A stretch of DNA of 63,790 bases, filler included, from Octopus bimaculoides (Eukaryota), in the NCBI RefSeq assembly GCF_001194135.2. It is 4 parts of 4 records of this genome, joined end to end, with 100 filler letters (N's around TTAATTAATTAA, not from the genome) between each part and the next. Parts side by side here need not be neighbours in the genome. Positions count along the whole stretch, not along the records: positions 1 to 16,154 come from NC_068982.1; 3 more parts are not named here. The stretch is one strand, 5' to 3'. The notes under the pieces were generated by a model. It searched no databases. It was not told where the DNA came from and was given only the letters and a program-made list of their open reading frames with translations. The position numbers and the translations under genes were made by a program. Below are positions 1 to 13,170 of the stretch, one piece after another (position 1 is the first letter of the stretch; every line of letters starts with the position of its first letter).

Positions 1-2
1 CC

Positions 3-290
3 TCACCCAGCTATTCTGATTATATGTCTGTGCACACGTTTGAATGTGGTGTGTGCCAGAGGGTTTGCAAATCCAATGGGGGTCTTAAAAGGCATGTTAG
101 GATCCACAATGAGCAGAACTTACTTGCAGGTATTGGTAGTGCAAATCAGAGGTGCAATCTGTGTGGGTGTTTTTTCAGAACACTGTCTGGTTTAAAAAGC
201 CACATCAGACGCCATGAAAGGGCTAAGGTGTAGGTGCAGGAGGTGGTCAAACTCTGTTTAAGGAGTAGACAACCACCATGTATGTATGTA
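3..290 (+). mobile_element. 3' end of an RTE-type LINE ORF with two C2H2-like zinc fingers, short 3' UTR and (ATGT)n tail; 5' part lies outside the window
   Basis: Frame open from base 3 to the stop at 233: CGVCQRVCKSNGGLKRHVRIH and CNLCGCFFRTLSGLKSHIRRH, with no TGEKPY linker. About 45 bp of UTR follow, then an ATGT tandem tail. C-terminal CxxC-x12-HxxxH fingers are established for RTE ORFs. Confidence 0.55.
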
Positions 291-690
291 TATGCATATT
301 TCAGTAATGTACTTATTTCGTGTTTCTCCATGATTTGTTTTGAATCTCTGATCATGTTTAATGCTTATTCGGTATTTGGGGACGTCAAAAGCATTGATAC
401 GTAAATGTCGAACAATGAGAATGAGTGCTCAACAAGGCATTGGAGGATAAACTTTATTTGTCTATTAAGGCTACCATTGGTTTCATGTTGACGAAGTATC
501 TTAATATCTCAAGAATTTTCAAACCGATCACATTTCATACAAAACGGAAATGAAGACCATTCTTCCATGTCATTGGGTTGAACAATTGTTAAAATATTAA
601 GATATTTTCTTAATATGAAACTAATGGTGGCCTGAATTCACAAATAAAGAAATTATATCCACTAATGCGGTGTTAAGCACTCGTTCTCAT

Positions 691-749
691 TGTGTGTGTG
701 TGTGTGTGTATGTGTGTGTGTGTGTGTGTGTGTGTACAGAGAGAAATAA

Positions 750-801
<52 letters not shown>
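691..801. repeat. Compound (TG)n / (AG)n microsatellite
   Basis: Seen directly. Confidence 0.95.
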
Positions 802-803
<2 letters not shown>

Positions 804-1500
804 GGTACAAACACGATCAGCCTTGCCCGCCCTCGTAAAATATAATCGTTAGGAAAACTATACATTCCCTATTCGTTCAGTGTTTATTTCTCATTTTTAT
901 GTCTTTAGTCTTTCTTTTAATTTTTATTTTACATTCAACCGATCTTCATCTTGCTGCAAACGTTGACACATTCAGGATCCTAACGCTTTTTCAACAGAAA
1001 GGCGAGATATTTAATAATGCTGTTCGTTTAACACTCGTGTTCGTTTTCAATGATCGACATTTATTAGCGGAGTAGATTACTTCTTTAAAAAATAGCTTTT
1101 GTTGTTTGACCGTATGCATGTATGCATGTATGTATACATATATGTATAGATTCATACATGTATGCTTGTTTGTATGCATGCATGTATGAATGCAAATACC
1201 ACTCATAGGCCAACACACACATTCGCACGAACTAATTATGTATTTACATACATCCGCACATATGTATATGCGTCTAGGTATGCATGTATGTATGAATGCG
1301 ATTCTGTGCGTGCACACGCACCTTGTATTTGAGAACAAATATGTACGTCCTTTTCGATATAGGACTGGTCCTCAACCAGAGTCCACATGACCTTTGGGGA
1401 TCCACATGGCCCTTGGAGTCCACATAAGGCGTTACTGTTAAAATTTATGTGCAACTGTTTGGTTTTACTTCTACAATACATAGAATATTTTTATACAATT

Positions 1501-1729
1501 ACTCTTTTACTCTTTTACTTGTTTCAGTCATTTGACTGCGGCCATGCTGGAGCGCCGCCTTTAGTCGAGCAAATCGACCCCAGGACTTATTCTTTGTAAG
1601 CCTAGTACTTATTCTATCGGTCTCTTTTTGCTGAACCGCTAAGTTACGGGGACGTAAACACACCAGCATCGGTTGTCAAGCGAAGTTGGGGGACAAACAC
1701 AGATACACAAACATATATACACACATACA

Positions 1730-1767
<38 letters not shown>

Positions 1768-1933
1768 TACGACGGGCTTCTTTCAGTTTCCGTCTACCAA
1801 ATCCACTCACAAGGTTTTGGTTGGCCCGAGGCTATAGTAGAAGACACTTGCCCAAGGTGCCACGCAGTGGGACTGAACCCAGAACCATGTGGTTGGTAAG
1901 CAAGCTACTTACCACACAGCCACTCCTACGCCT
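1501..1933 (-). mobile_element. SINE family 1 (tRNA head, CORE-like box, internal microsatellite, (TAAAAGAG)n tail), full length
   Basis: On the minus strand: A-box TGGCTGTGTGG, B-box GGTTCAGTCC, CORE-like CCTTGGGCAAGT, and tail AGTAAAAGAGTAAAAGAG. More than 10 homologous copies occur in the window. Confidence 0.9.
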
Positions 1934-1974
1934 AATAATATTTAATTACAAAAAATACCATAGGATGTTTTAAA

Positions 1975-2660
1975 ACATCAAACGGCTATGAAGGTCCATG
2001 TGAGTAAAAACGGAATGAAAGGAATCCTCTGGTAAAAATATGGTAGATGTAAGGCTTAAACCATGTGTTCATCACCTTGCTGTAGGCAATGGGATTGCCC
2101 TTGGATCTCTGAAGAAAGAAATAACGTAGCACGAGATATCCCTCATTGCTGATGGCCCCAAGAAGCATCATAGCCGATAAGAAGTTGGTGTTATGCCTCG
2201 TAGTTGGTTCAGAGTCGCGTATGGTAATACTGTTCCACTTATTATCGGGTGGGATTATTTCTAATCGAAGATTCTGAAGGTTACTAAAGGGTACATGAGC
2301 TCGTTCAACTAACGTTTCAATCTCAATTGTCCAATCCTCAGACCTAAAAAGCATGATCTGCCTTGTCCTCATCATGCAGGGCTTATAACTGATGTTTTAA
2401 TGAGCCATATATCTCACAGTCGATTGTTCCACTGGTATTCATTGATTTTTCAAGATTGTTGTTAGTGACGTCATGGACCCGCTGGACGATCTCAGCCGTT
2501 CTGACATCGTCTAATCACTCAAATCACTTTCTGACGCTCATCACTAAAGACCCTGCTAGTCTGAGCAGCAAGAGCCCCTAAGTTGGAGTACATTTCCGTT
2601 TCCTGAGCTAGATTCAATTCCGCCAGGTTGAGGTTATTGGTACGTCTGAATGAGAAATGA
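1975..2660 (-). mobile_element. Degenerate Tc1/mariner transposase, maT (DD37D)-like
   Basis: Minus-strand pieces VRTAEIVQRVHDV and MMLLGAISNEGYLVLRYFFLQRSKGNPIAYSKVMNTWFKPYI resemble the VMVLGVVSNEG..PPHFF motif of this group. Homologous to 40173-41243. Frameshifted. Confidence 0.7.
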
Positions 2661-2740
2661 AAGTTAAAATTTTGCGCATGTCACATAGTATTAAGTTAGG
2701 TTGTTTACCATTTATGGCCCACTAGGTTGTACCCAGCTCA

Positions 2741-2890
2741 ATTGCTTACTCTCTCCCTCTCTCCCCCTTTCTCTCCCTCTCTCCCCCTTTCTCTCCCTCT
2801 CTCCCCCTTTCTCTCCCTCTCTATCTCAATTTCTCTCCCTCTCTCCCCCTTTCTCTCCCTCTCTATCTCAATTTCTCTCCCTCTCTCTCT
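2741..2890. repeat. CT-rich minisatellite (~20-bp CTCTCCCTCTCTCCCCCTTT unit and variants) abutting a gap
   Basis: Tandem units seen directly. Confidence 0.85.
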
Positions 2891-3661
2891 CGATATATAT
2901 ACATANNNNNNNNNNNNNNNNNNNNNNNNNNNNNNNNNNNNNNNNNNNNNNNNNNNNNNNNNNNNNNNNNNNNNNNNNNNNNNNNNNNNNNNNNNNNNNN
3001 NNNNNNNNNNNNNNNNNNNNNNNNNNNNNNNNNNNNNNNNNNNNNNNNNNNNNNNNNNNNNNNNNNNNNNNNNNNNNNNNNNNNNNNNNNNNNNNNNNNN
3101 NNNNNNNNNNNNNNNNNNNNNNNNNNNNNNNNNNNNNNNNNNNNNNNNNNNNNNNNNNNNNNNNNNNNNNNNNNNNNNNNNNNNNNNNNNNNNNNNNNNN
3201 NNNNNNNNNNNNNNNNNNNNNNNNNNNNNNNNNNNNNNNNNNNNNNNNNNNNNNNNNNNNNNNNNNNNNNNNNNNNNNNNNNNNNNNNNNNNNNNNNNNN
3301 NNNNNNNNNNNNNNNNNNNNNNNNNNNNNNNNNNNNNNNNNNNNNNNNNNNNNNNNNNNNNNNNNNNNNNNNNNNNNNNNNNNNNNNNNNNNNNNNNNNN
3401 NNNNNNNNNNNNNNNNNNNNNNNNNNNNNNNNNNNNNNNNNNNNNNNNNNNNNNNNNNNNNNNNNNNNNNNNNNNNNNNNNNNNNNNNNNNNNNNNNNNN
3501 NNNNNNNNNNNNNNNNNNNNNNNNNNNNNNNNNNNNNNNNNNNNNNNNNNNNNNNNNNNNNTAGTTAAGCAGAGAGCTGGGGGTGGAGCGAGATTTAATT
3601 CATTTTGTTTTTCAGTGCTAGAAAACAGAAATCATCCTAAAATTGGTGCTTAAACGCATTT

Positions 3662-3729
<68 letters not shown>

Positions 3730-4213
3730 CTCACTTTCTCTCCGTCCTTTTCTCTTCCTAACCAAATTTCTTCCTTTCTTTCTTTCTCTGTTTCCCATTT
3801 CTTGTTTCACTTTCTCTTTTAGCTTTATTTCCCTTCCTATCAAACATCCATTTCCATATTCTTACTTGCTCTGGTATTCTGGCAAACAGGTGAAAGTAGC
3901 ATGCAATATCTTCTACCATGCTGTGTACATGATACAGTTCCTGTGATGCCACAGCAACAAATACACTCATTTTCTTTTATATGTTTACGAGTACCACTAA
4001 TTTGTGTTTCTTCAATTTGAACATGGTTTTTCCCCATGTGAACATTTACTATTTTGATACAGGTGCAAACAGGTGCATGCATAATTTAACAAGGCAAAAA
4101 GGACTATGTTGCGAATATGCATACAAACACACATGCATATATATAAATGTACGTATATATAAATAAATATATATATATATATATATATGTATGTATATAT
4201 ATANNNNNNNNNN

Positions 4214-4254
<41 letters not shown>

Positions 4255-4566
4255 AAAAGATATATATGCATATATATGTGTATGTATTTACATATATCTA
4301 TGTATGCATATATGTGTGTGTGCGTGTGTGCGTGCGTGTGTGTGAACGTGTGTATGTACGTGTGTTTGTATATATACACACACACATACACAAACTTTAT
4401 TCACTTTCGTAAATTTATAAATTTCTTTAACAATCTGACAATCTGCCATGCGTGTCTGTGTGTGAATATATATGCATATGTGTGTGTACATGTGTGTGTA
4501 TGTATGTAGGTATATATGCATATGCACAGATAGATCTACATAAATACACACACATACATATGTATG

Positions 4567-5930
4567 CTGTGGTGAACGCGCGTTACAAGTTAATTTACGT
4601 TATAACAAAGTTTCTTCCTAAATAAATATTCTTTATTCTTTTATCCTGTTACATAGACATACGTGTTTTTGTGCATCCAGTCGTGACACACTGACATATA
4701 ACTGACAATAGGAATAGCGGATCCCAAATGTAATCCAGCCACTTTTGATATTTCCCATTGGCATTTCTGAATGGACATCGCAAAACATTTTACAGCTTTC
4801 AACCTCAAACTGGATTTTACAGAGAATGATCGTAGCTCTTGTGATAGACATATCCTCACTTGCATCACATCCTGGCAATTGTTGCTTCAGTTGGATGTGA
4901 TATTAGTTGTTTGTCTAACAGCCTTGCGTCGTTGCACAGACGTGTGTCATCCAAGTTTCTGAAAAGAATGATAGGAGATTATTGGGGATTTATTTCTTGA
5001 GTACGAGTTTGTGATGGGCATACTTGGTAGCTCCGTGCTGGTGAGGAACGTGATGGGTTAATTTACAGTTTGTTTGGGATCTAAAATAGTGTATACACAC
5101 TTCTACACAAATTTATCTACATGCAACTGTTGAATAATTTTTCTCAACCTAATTGAATAGGGCTTGCATTGCTCATTTAAGAGCCATTTGTGGTTGTGGA
5201 GCTTCTGTTAAATTTTTGGAAAGACTTTACTTTTTATTTCGTCAAATAATAATGTAAATGTTACACACAGATATATTCCCATTTTGTTCAAGTACAACAG
5301 TCGCTACTCAAGTTCCAAATTCTTGTACTAGAATAAGCTGAGTGTTCCTGAATAAGTTAAGTTCTCATGATTGTTTCCAATTTAAGTTTCTTGTCAAGTC
5401 TCTATAAATGTGACGATTTCAAAGAGCTTCTGATTTAATCAGCTGTTCTCCCCTTTGGAAATCCATTGATTTCCCTAACAGTCCCATCCAAAACCATGAA
5501 AATTAACTTTGCTGTTCCTGTTCTTTTGCTAATGTTACAAGTTGTTGTGCTATCAATTGTGAGATTCGATTGAATGACATCCCTGAATGCATTGTAAATT
5601 GTTTTGGTTCCAGGCAGAACACTGGGAAATGCAACTACTATGACAATTTTAACATATTTCCTTATTTAAACCAGTACCATGTTTATGAGAAATATTTCCC
5701 TTTTTTAGCGTCCAGAAAGAATATTTCACTCGTTTTATTCCAAATATGATCGTCAATTATGTTGAAGATGATTTTTATCAAGTTTTATCGCTTTCAGACA
5801 CACATTGAAGCAGAGTTTTAACATGTACCTTTGAGAGCGGTTGCTCTCTCGCAAGCCAAAGTTATGCAATTCTTTGCCAAATTTTTCCCAATAGCAATGT
5901 GATTCTATGTTAAAGATCAGATTATAGAAA
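4567..5930 (-). mobile_element. Helitron 3' remnant (PIF1-like helicase pseudogene plus 3' hairpin)
   Basis: Broken minus-strand translation gives ILFRNLDDTRLCND, FAMSIQKCQ and QLYVSVSR, matching Helitron helicase motifs LRNL..PRLCNG, FAMTINKSQGQ and GQLYVA.SRV. Palindrome AACGCGCGTT at 4575-4584 lies about 8 nt before a CTAG-like end (CACAG). Confidence 0.75.
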
Positions 5931-6156
5931 TTAATGATAAACTTACGAATATTGCAGTAATTGATGAACCTAATTCCGAAGCGAAGACGCAGGGCTGGGG
6001 TTGTCCTAAGTAAATAGCAAAATAAGCTTGCTCAAGATGCCACGCAGCGAAAACAAACTAATGATCTCGAAATTGTGAAACGAACTGCTAACCAATCGGT
6101 CACGCTGCATTCACAAGCACACATACACATATGCATGTATACATATACACATATAA

Positions 6157-6204
<48 letters not shown>

Positions 6205-6250
6205 NNNNNNNNNNNNNNNNNNNNNNNNNNNNNNNNNGTGTGTGTTTGTT

Positions 6251-6322
<72 letters not shown>

Positions 6323-6386
6323 TGTGTGCAAAATTGTCAGAGATGACAACAAACGTTAAGGCAAGGCAAATATCTCAAGTCATATA

Positions 6387-6423
<37 letters not shown>

Positions 6424-8790
6424 GAAATGAGAAGGATATAGATTAATGAAATGACGACATAGAGAACAGGAGTAAAGGAATAAGAGGAAGAGAGAGAAGG
6501 AAAAAGAAACGTAGGAGAAAGGTAAATAGACAAGGCCATATCTGAGAGAAATTCCGTTCAGGGTTCCGTATTGTTCTTGTCATGGTTCTTTTCTGTTGCC
6601 TTTCGGTCGCAAAGGCAGTTCGATTTGCATTCTTCAAGAAGGAGACATTGGAAGCTATAGTACAAGACCGCTTGCATTCTTATATGTATGAAAAATAGCC
6701 TTTCTTTCTTTTAGATGTGTTCTATTAAAAATACAACTAGAACATAGTTGTATCTTCAATAGATCCTTTGTGCGTGTGTAATTACGTGTGTAATTACGTG
6801 TGTGTGTGTGTGTGTGTGTGTCCGCGCGCGCGCGCGTCTTCGCGCGCATACAGAGTTCTTCATACAAAGATTAGTAAAGGGCTATACATTTGCTGGGAAA
6901 ACTAAATTCCTTTTAAAAGTTTTAATAGAAGGATAGTGACAGTAATTTAATATTCTTAAGATTTTGTAAGGTTTACAGTTTCACCAAAGCAGTTTGCATT
7001 TGAGCGGCATTTAAGCATTTTGCCTTGAGGTTGTATAATTAGTATTAAAAAACTATTGTTATAAGAGATACTAAAACACTACCCTACCTTTTTTGTTTCT
7101 GATAATAGTTTAAAGTATAAAGAGCGGGAAATTGCCAGATTGTTTAGACAGTTGACTAAAATGCCTAGCAGTATTAATTTAGATTCTCTGCGCTTTGTGT
7201 TAAAATCCCGCCGAGATCAATTTTGTCACTAATTCTTTTGGTGTTGATAAATATATTAATACTCCGGAGCGATGAATTGGCGGGCTTGCCTCGGATTATA
7301 TACAGTGTTGTGACTGTTTCGGTTCTTTGCGATGTAAGTTCAAATTCCACCTAGTTATCTATGGTCATGACTGATCACCCAAAAGTATCCGCATCTCATC
7401 CAACCCACAATTGGTAGCGCAGACAAACTGACAACTGCATGCTGAGGTTTGAATGGATAGACAATGGAATAGAAAATAATGCGTAAAATAAAATATAAAA
7501 TCCAAAATAATCTAAACATGAGCAAAAGATAAGTATATTAAAATATAAATAAATTTTATGGTTTAATTAGTCATAAATATTGCACATGACTTCTGAGTCT
7601 GGTGAAAAAAGGGAGGAAAAACCCACAGATTGTAACGTACTGTGTCATTAGAGTTGCCCTCAAACTAAAGACATGATCCAAATGCTTGAAACAGGTTCAA
7701 CGCTGATGAAAGAGGATCAGGTAACTGTGCTTAAACGGGAAACAGATTTGATCTCCCAAAATTATAATAGTAACATATGACGATATACATCCCGGCATGG
7801 AAAGAATGGATGGGGCTCTCCGTGAACTGCAGTACCAGAACTATCTTGGTTAAAGGATCATTTAATTTTACGAAGCTCACGAGGAGGGTTAAATTTTAGT
7901 GTTCCAACATGCATCCATTCACAAGCTTTTATATAACGTCTCATTCTCAGAAGTATTATGATAAACGCATATAACTATTTAAAATATATTACATATATAT
8001 ATATAATAATGACACAAGTATATAAAAAAAACGCTTAAACAATCTAACCATCATTGTTATATGGCAAGTTTAAATGCACGGTTATATACTCGCTTGATAC
8101 CGCCAGTTTTCTTTCTTTTTTTTCCTTTTTTTTTTTGATGTAACTGACTGATCTGAATTATGAATTGTACAGGACACATTTATTGAGTTATATTTTATAT
8201 ACAAAAGGAGAGGCTGAAACCATCAATATTCCTGCAATGTATTGACACTCACCGCCTTACCATTTTTCATATAATTTGAATCGATTATCAAGTCATTCAA
8301 TGTTTTTATATCTTTGAAAAGAAAAATGTGTTCCTTAGGCTACACATGGTTCTACAAGTACTGTAACTCAGAATTGCATCTGACGAAACATGTCACCTAT
8401 CAAAAGGTAACGTAAGAAAGAATAATACAAAATAAGGCATTAACTATGTAGTAAAAAAAAAATGAATCTCGATAGTAAGTAGTAGATGAAGGAATTGTGT
8501 GTTCAATGCATACAAATATATTTATATATGTGCAAACACACAAGCATGCGTACATACAGCCACACATACATACATACATACATACATACATACATACATA
8601 CGGATAGACAGACATACAATATACATGCATGCATACATATATGCATACATGCATACATATATAAGTACGTACATACATACATACATACATACATACATAC
8701 ATACAAGACTAAATTCCATGTATAGCGGATCAGGTTGTCTTAACATTTCTTCTGCTTACGATCTCAATAAAATAAGTATCTAACGAAACT

Positions 8791-8827
<37 letters not shown>

Positions 8828-8877
8828 TGACAGGTCGACAGAATTAAAATGAAAGATAATTATAACTGGTTGTTAGA

Positions 8878-9560
8878 GCAAGTGTGGCTATATGGAATGC
8901 ACATTACTTTGGATTGGTAAGCCCGAAGTTGAAAAGAGAATCGGAATTTGGAATCCTCATATGGAAGAACATAATGAAACGAAAATCAGAAATGTCTACA
9001 TTAGTAGTAAACAAAAGGATCATAACTATGAGACTATTGTGTATGCTCAATGTATCACAAATCCCAATAAAAGCAAAGAAGTTCTTTACAACCAATTAGC
9101 ACATATGGATTACACAACGTACAGTCAAACTACTATTTATGGGGGCCTTCAATTCTAGGATAGGGAAGGACTATAAAAGCTGGCTTGTAACTATAAGCAA
9201 AGAATATTTTCGCTTGGTAAGTTGCTGATCACTCATCATCCACAGACGGTTGTATATGCATTTTCCACTATATCTAAATTATTTGACCTAAAGATGAGAA
9301 CTAAAAAAAGTATTATTCCAGCCAAGCCCTATGGCATCGAAGAAATATCAGAATTGTTAGCATTTTCTGTAAACTGTACAAGTGTTTACATATCCTGGCT
9401 GTACGGTATTAAAAGACGGATATATACCCATTGAGCTATAAAAGAGGATGTCAAAGATAAGTATAGCGTTTTGATAAGTACGTTTATGTCTCTGGACAAT
9501 GATCACGTTTCCACCAGACTCAAATGCAAGATCTGCAGGGAAATCGCCCTATACACTGCA
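8878..9560 (+). mobile_element. Degenerate RTE LINE apurinic-endonuclease region
   Basis: TLLWIGKPEVEKR, IVYAQCITNPNKSKEVLYNQL and GAFNSRIGKD (GDFNARVG box) match RTE APE motifs. Multiple frameshifts. Confidence 0.65.
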
Positions 9561-9715
9561 TGGTATAAAAACCTAAACATCATATGTTAATTTAGTAAAG
9601 AAATATCATGCCTTCAAGATGGATTTCAGTCATAAATATGGTTCTAAATGTGAAATTCTACGGCTAGCAGTATAACCAAATTTGGAATATTACCTCATCA
9701 GGAAAAAAAGCCTAC

Positions 9716-9803
9716 CTAAATATAGGATGAAAGATTGCACAAACACATCTTTGTATTCATAGCAACAAGAAGAGCGAAGAACCCATACTCGATTCCACCT
9801 ACG
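9716..9803 (-). CDS. Candidate 88-bp internal exon of an unidentified gene (RRWNRVWVLRSSCCYEYKDVFVQSFILYL)
   Basis: Strong acceptor TTTCTATGGTTTCTCTCTAG and donor TAG|GTAGGC. Open in phase 0 to 1. Non-repeat sequence. No family recognised. Confidence 0.35.
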
Positions 9804-9992
9804 CTAGAGAGAAACCATAGAAAGAAAGTTACTAAATAAAACAGATATAAAAGTGAATGCCATGAATTTCTACAGCCCAGCAAAAGAGTATCCAAACTGG
9901 TGCTCACATGACAATGAAAGCAGTTATGATTGCTTGCGATCGACAGCGTCGTATCAAATGTAAGCACATATGCGTTGTAAGTGTATGCACGT

Positions 9993-10034
<42 letters not shown>

Positions 10035-10458
10035 NNNNNNNNNNNNNNNNNNNNNNNNNNNNNNNNNNNNNNNNNNNNNNNNNNNNNNNNNNNNNNNNNN
10101 NNNNNNNNNNNNNNNNNNNNNNNNNNNNNNNNNNNNNNNNNNNNNNNNNNNNNNNNNNNNNNNNNNNNNNNNNNNNNNNNNNNNNNNNNNNNNNNNNNNN
10201 NNNNNNNNNNNNNNNNNNNNNNNNNNNNNNNNNNNNNNNNNNNNNNNNNNNNNNNNNNNNNNNNNNNNNNNNNNNNNNNNNNNNNNNNNNNNNNNNNNNN
10301 NNNNNNNNNNNNNNNNNNNNNNNNNNNNNNNNNNNNNNNNNNNNNNNNNNNNNNNNNNNNNNNNNNNNNNNNNNNNNNNNNNNNNNNNNNNNNNNNNNNN
10401 NNNNNNNNNNNNNNNNNNNNNNNNNNNNNNNNNNNNNNNNNNNNNNNNNNNNNNNNNN

Positions 10459-10513
<55 letters not shown>

Positions 10514-10571
10514 GTATATGTATACATATATAGAGAGAGAAAGAGAAAGAGACAGAAAGAGACAGATGGAC

Positions 10572-10604
<33 letters not shown>

Positions 10605-11897
10605 TACATATACATATATACATACATACGTATTTATGTGTGTGTGTATATATGAACGTGTGTGTGTATATATGAACGTGTGTGTGTGTGTGTGTTTATG
10701 CGCGCGCGTGCGTGTGCGTGTATACACTGAGAGAGAAAGCGAAGAAAGAAAATGATAAAAATAAAGACAAATATAATAAATAAACAAACAAACGAATGAA
10801 TAAAAGAAATTGATTCTCTAAAACAATGAGGTTGTTCTTGATGATCTGTTGGTGTAATAGCAGTAAGAAACTAGACTGGTGTTGTAGGCTCCGTTGTTAG
10901 CGTCCCCATCCTCACTGCAAACCATAAGGGAACAGTTTAGTTACAAAGCATGATGTCTCTCGTCAATTCATCACCACCTGCACAAGGAAAGGAAGGGGAA
11001 ACATTTGTAAAAAGGAAAACAAAAATGGGAAAAGAAAAGATAAATGCGAGTGAGTCGAGTGATGCCAACCTAATAACACACGTAAATTGATTCTGTTTCC
11101 CGCCCATTCTATATAGATGGTGTTTCGGTTAGTTTCAGTCCTGCGTTTCCATCCAGATTAAAACCAAAGCAACCGATGCAAGCCACTCACTTTGTTATAA
11201 TAAACTTCAATATCGCTAAGAAAAGTGTGTAATTGTTTTGGGGTATTTTGTTTGTTTTGGTTTTGGGGTTGTTTTTTTTTTTGTTCTTTTTTGTCCAAAT
11301 TATTACACTTCTAATAAATATGATATTACTCATTATAAATACTAATTTAACACGGAGGAAAGAGATGTTGGCCTATCCACGTTAGTGATTAGTAAACGTG
11401 ATCTAGACATTACGACACTGCTTTAAAGCAGAAATGCGAGACACCGGACCACTAAGCGGCGACCACTTTACCGATTAGCAAACGTATTCTAGACGTCAAA
11501 TTTACCAGTTGAAAACAAAGATGGAAAAAATAGCGCCACAAACGGGACGCTATCGATTAGCAAATATTTCTTATACATATCTTCCTGGAGTTTATACGAA
11601 TATCCGATTGATAAACATTTCTTTTTAATTTAAGCAAAAACTTCACGTATTATAGTATCTAATCCTAATCGGTCTGTTTTTCTACCCGCGTATTTCTTCT
11701 TCTTTTCCACCTTTTTTTTTTTTGTCTTTCTAATCTTTGTCTACTTCCACCATTCTACAGTTAGAGGAAAGTTCTTGAAGCGTATGAAAATTTGCTGTTC
11801 GAAGTTTATTGTTCTTATATTTAACTAGCTTCATGCTTCTTCTTCCTCCCACCCCTTGTCTCGTAAATTTGTTGCCGGCATCCTCGTCGTCCATATA

Positions 11898-12190
11898 GCG
11901 CAGGAGTGGCTGTGTGGTAAGTAGCTTGCTTACCAACCNNNNNNNNNNTGTGTGTTTGTGTGTCTGTGTTTGCCCCCCTCCCCCACCACCACCATCGCTT
12001 GACAACCGATACTGGTGTGTTTACGTCCCCCGTAACTTAGCGGTTCAGCAAAAAGAGACCGATAGAATAAGTACTAGGCTTACAAAGAATAAGTCCTGGG
12101 GTCGATTTTCTCGACTAAAGGCAGTGCTCCAGCATGGCTGCAGTCAAATGACTGAAATAAGTAAAAGAGTAGAAGAGTAAAAGAGTAAGA
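11898..12190 (+). mobile_element. SINE family 1, internal part collapsed at a small gap
   Basis: Head GCGCAGGAGTGGCTGTGTGGTAAG, tail AAGTAAAAGAGTAGAAGAG. Confidence 0.9.
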
Positions 12191-12203
12191 GTATAGTGTC
12201 TTC

Positions 12204-12235
<32 letters not shown>

Positions 12236-12684
12236 CATCGCAGGTAGGCTCTGATCTAAAAAGCCTCTCATTAAAAGACGTCCTAATCATGATCAACGTT
12301 CTTTTTCTTATTACACATCGTTTAAAATTTTCTTTTAACACAGTAGGGTAGATTTCATAGAAATTTGGATAATATTTCCGATTGGTCAAACCATCGTGCA
12401 AAGGTCTTAGTTATCTTGGTTTATGATAATCACCCGCAAGACATTAAAACAAACATTTGTAATTCATATGTTTTAGGCTGACAAATCTGGCAGTTAGAAA
12501 GTAACTATATATTGGTATCCATCCTGCAAGAGCTTGGGATATGATACTGTAAGGTAATCTTGAAAACAGAATCTTCTTGTCTGAAGGGAAAGTTTTTGTT
12601 TTCTCCAGCAGACGTGATCAACTGTGTTAACGTTGCATTCTCCTACGTCATCATAACTTCACCTCCGGCGTGTCACAAGGACTT

Positions 12685-13170
12685 AGAAGAGGAGGAGGAG
12701 GAGGAGGAGGAGGAGGAGGAGGAGGAGGAGGAGGAGTTTAGTTCTTGCTCAGCCTAGATGTGGCCATCTCGACTTTTCAAACATCGTCATCAACCAGCTG
12801 TTTTCCCTGTGTCCAGAGCCCTCAGCGTGCCAAGGACTCTCCAGTCATCTTTGTGTTGTGTTGGGTACATACAATCAGACTAGCCCTTGTTTCCAATCCA
12901 TTCTTTCATGTCATCAATCCCTAAACGCCTTTGCCTGTGTCCCGCTCTCTTCCCCTCCGCATTTTCTATCAGGATTATCTTGGGCAATAACTCGTGGTGC
13001 ATTGTATGTCCAAAATATTATAGCTTTATAGATATTATAGATTCTCGACAATATGGGGTCTCTGAACTTTCGGCTTTTCTAAAACTGAGCGTTTGCTACC
13101 CTATTTTCCAGCTAACTCTGTTTAATCTGCAGAATTTTTTCATATCTGTCCACATAATTCTCACTTCCTG
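12685..13170 (-). mobile_element. 3' end of an RTE (BovB-like) LINE with (CTC)n tail
   Basis: Minus strand reads YFGHTMHHELLPKIILIENAEGKRAGHRQRRLGIDDMKEW, the typical RTE C-terminal YFGH....G.R.RGR..W box, followed by a simple-repeat tail. Confidence 0.7.

Noticed and set aside
24-233. Host C2H2 zinc-finger gene (a family expanded in octopus)
   Set aside because: There are only two fingers with a long non-TGEKP linker, followed at once by a short UTR and simple-repeat tail. This fits an RTE LINE end better, though a host gene is not fully excluded.
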